DNA of 64,000 nucleotides from Nitrospirales bacterium (GTDB lineage: Bacteria > Nitrospirota > Nitrospiria > Nitrospirales > UBA8639): NCBI GenBank assembly GCA_963555755.3, contig OY820905.2, positions 576,001-640,000 on the forward strand, in the 5' to 3' direction. Shown here piece by piece: positions 63,278-64,000 of the stretch (within the stretch, counting starts at the first letter, position 1; the number at the start of each line of letters is the position of its first letter). The notes beneath the pieces were generated by a model. It was given only the letters and a program-made list of their open reading frames with translations, did no database searches and was not told the DNA's origin. The position numbers and the translations under genes were made by a program.

Positions 63278-64000
63278 TCACATAAGTATGTTATTTACCA
63301 CGAAGTCCGCAATTATCTTATTAGCCATAGCATTGGGATGCCGGTCTTGGAGGTGCAATATGTATATTGATTCCTCTTCCTTTAAACGCGGTAATATATC
63401 GCTAATTTTGTGAAGCCTTAAGCTGCTCTCTTTTAGGCCTACAAGAACTTTTTTATAATGTTCATCCATTGTCTCATTCCACAGGAGCACATGAAATTCG
63501 CTCCCGGGGTACCTGGTTTCAAAAATCTTCCGAGCCTTGTCCACTATGCCAACAAACAAATTGATGTCATCTGCATTGATAGGCCTTTGGCTGCCCAGTA
63601 TTTTTTCGTAAACCAATGATTTTTGTAAGTATTCGGACAAGCCTGGCGGAATCAATCTGTTTTGGTCAAAAGACCCCACATAGTGGACCTGTCCATCCTT
63701 CCCGAGAATGTATTTCGGTCCATGTTGATCCCAACTCGCCAAACCGGCAGAGCGAGAAACATGGGAAACTAACGCTTGAAATATAGCGTATTGGGGAACG
63801 CATTCTACAATACCCTCCACAAGACCATGCTCCAGGGCGGAGAGCATCTGGTGCGGGCCGTACCCATGGAATCCAAAATTATAAACACGATAGATTCCAT
63901 GGGTTTTCCTACTTACCTGGTAGGGCATTGTCTGATCATCATTTACCCCTTCTCCAAAGGTAAATGAACCGCCGAAAAAGAGAAGGCATTTTTTACTCTC
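63278..64000 (-). CDS. SGNH/GDSL hydrolase-like protein (5' end outside window)
   Basis: GGSFTFGEG, NFGFHGYGPHQML, DRHPN; paralog of 61608-62774. Confidence 0.75.
   Translation of the reverse strand, partial: ESKKCLLFFGGSFTFGEGVNDDQTMPYQVSRKTHGIYRVYNFGFHGYGPHQMLSALEHGLVEGIVECVPQYAIFQALVSHVSRSAGLASWDQHGPKYILGKDGQVHYVGSFDQNRLIPPGLSEYLQKSLVYEKILGSQRPINADDINLFVGIVDKARKIFETRYPGSEFHVLLWNETMDEHYKKVLVGLKESSLRLHKISDILPRLKEEESIYILHLQDRHPNAMANKIIADFVVNNILM

Overview
A 64-kb chromosomal window of roughly 50% GC. Gene content, synteny and the repeat types suggest a Nitrospirota (Nitrospirales-like) bacterium; this is inference. Core genes include mtnA, rtcB with archease, an AsmA-like protein, an HtrA-like protease, clpB, purM/purN, rlmD, ntrY/ntrX-like, mazG and tRNA-Ala(CGC). 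A nitrogen-assimilation cluster runs porin-amt-PII-amt-glnA and ends in a GlnE split into two head-to-head genes. Larger mobile elements are an IS4-family transposase fused to a DUF4338/DruA-like domain, an IS1595 that truncates an HD-GYP regulator, an IS4 with a probable CCC-TGA +1 frameshift inserted into a RAYT/REP remnant, and two decayed IS6 copies. A putative island starts at a tRNA-Pro(GGG) 3'-half att-like site (~56.1 kb) and carries acyltransferase, SGNH and DMFase-beta-like genes. The most striking unexplained signal is a set of at least seven families of 120-230 bp rod-shaped non-autonomous elements. They have different IS-like terminal repeats, six share a structured core, their ends covary between copies, and they insert into each other and into an IS6 gene with clean target duplications. 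No CRISPR array, rRNA or prophage was seen.
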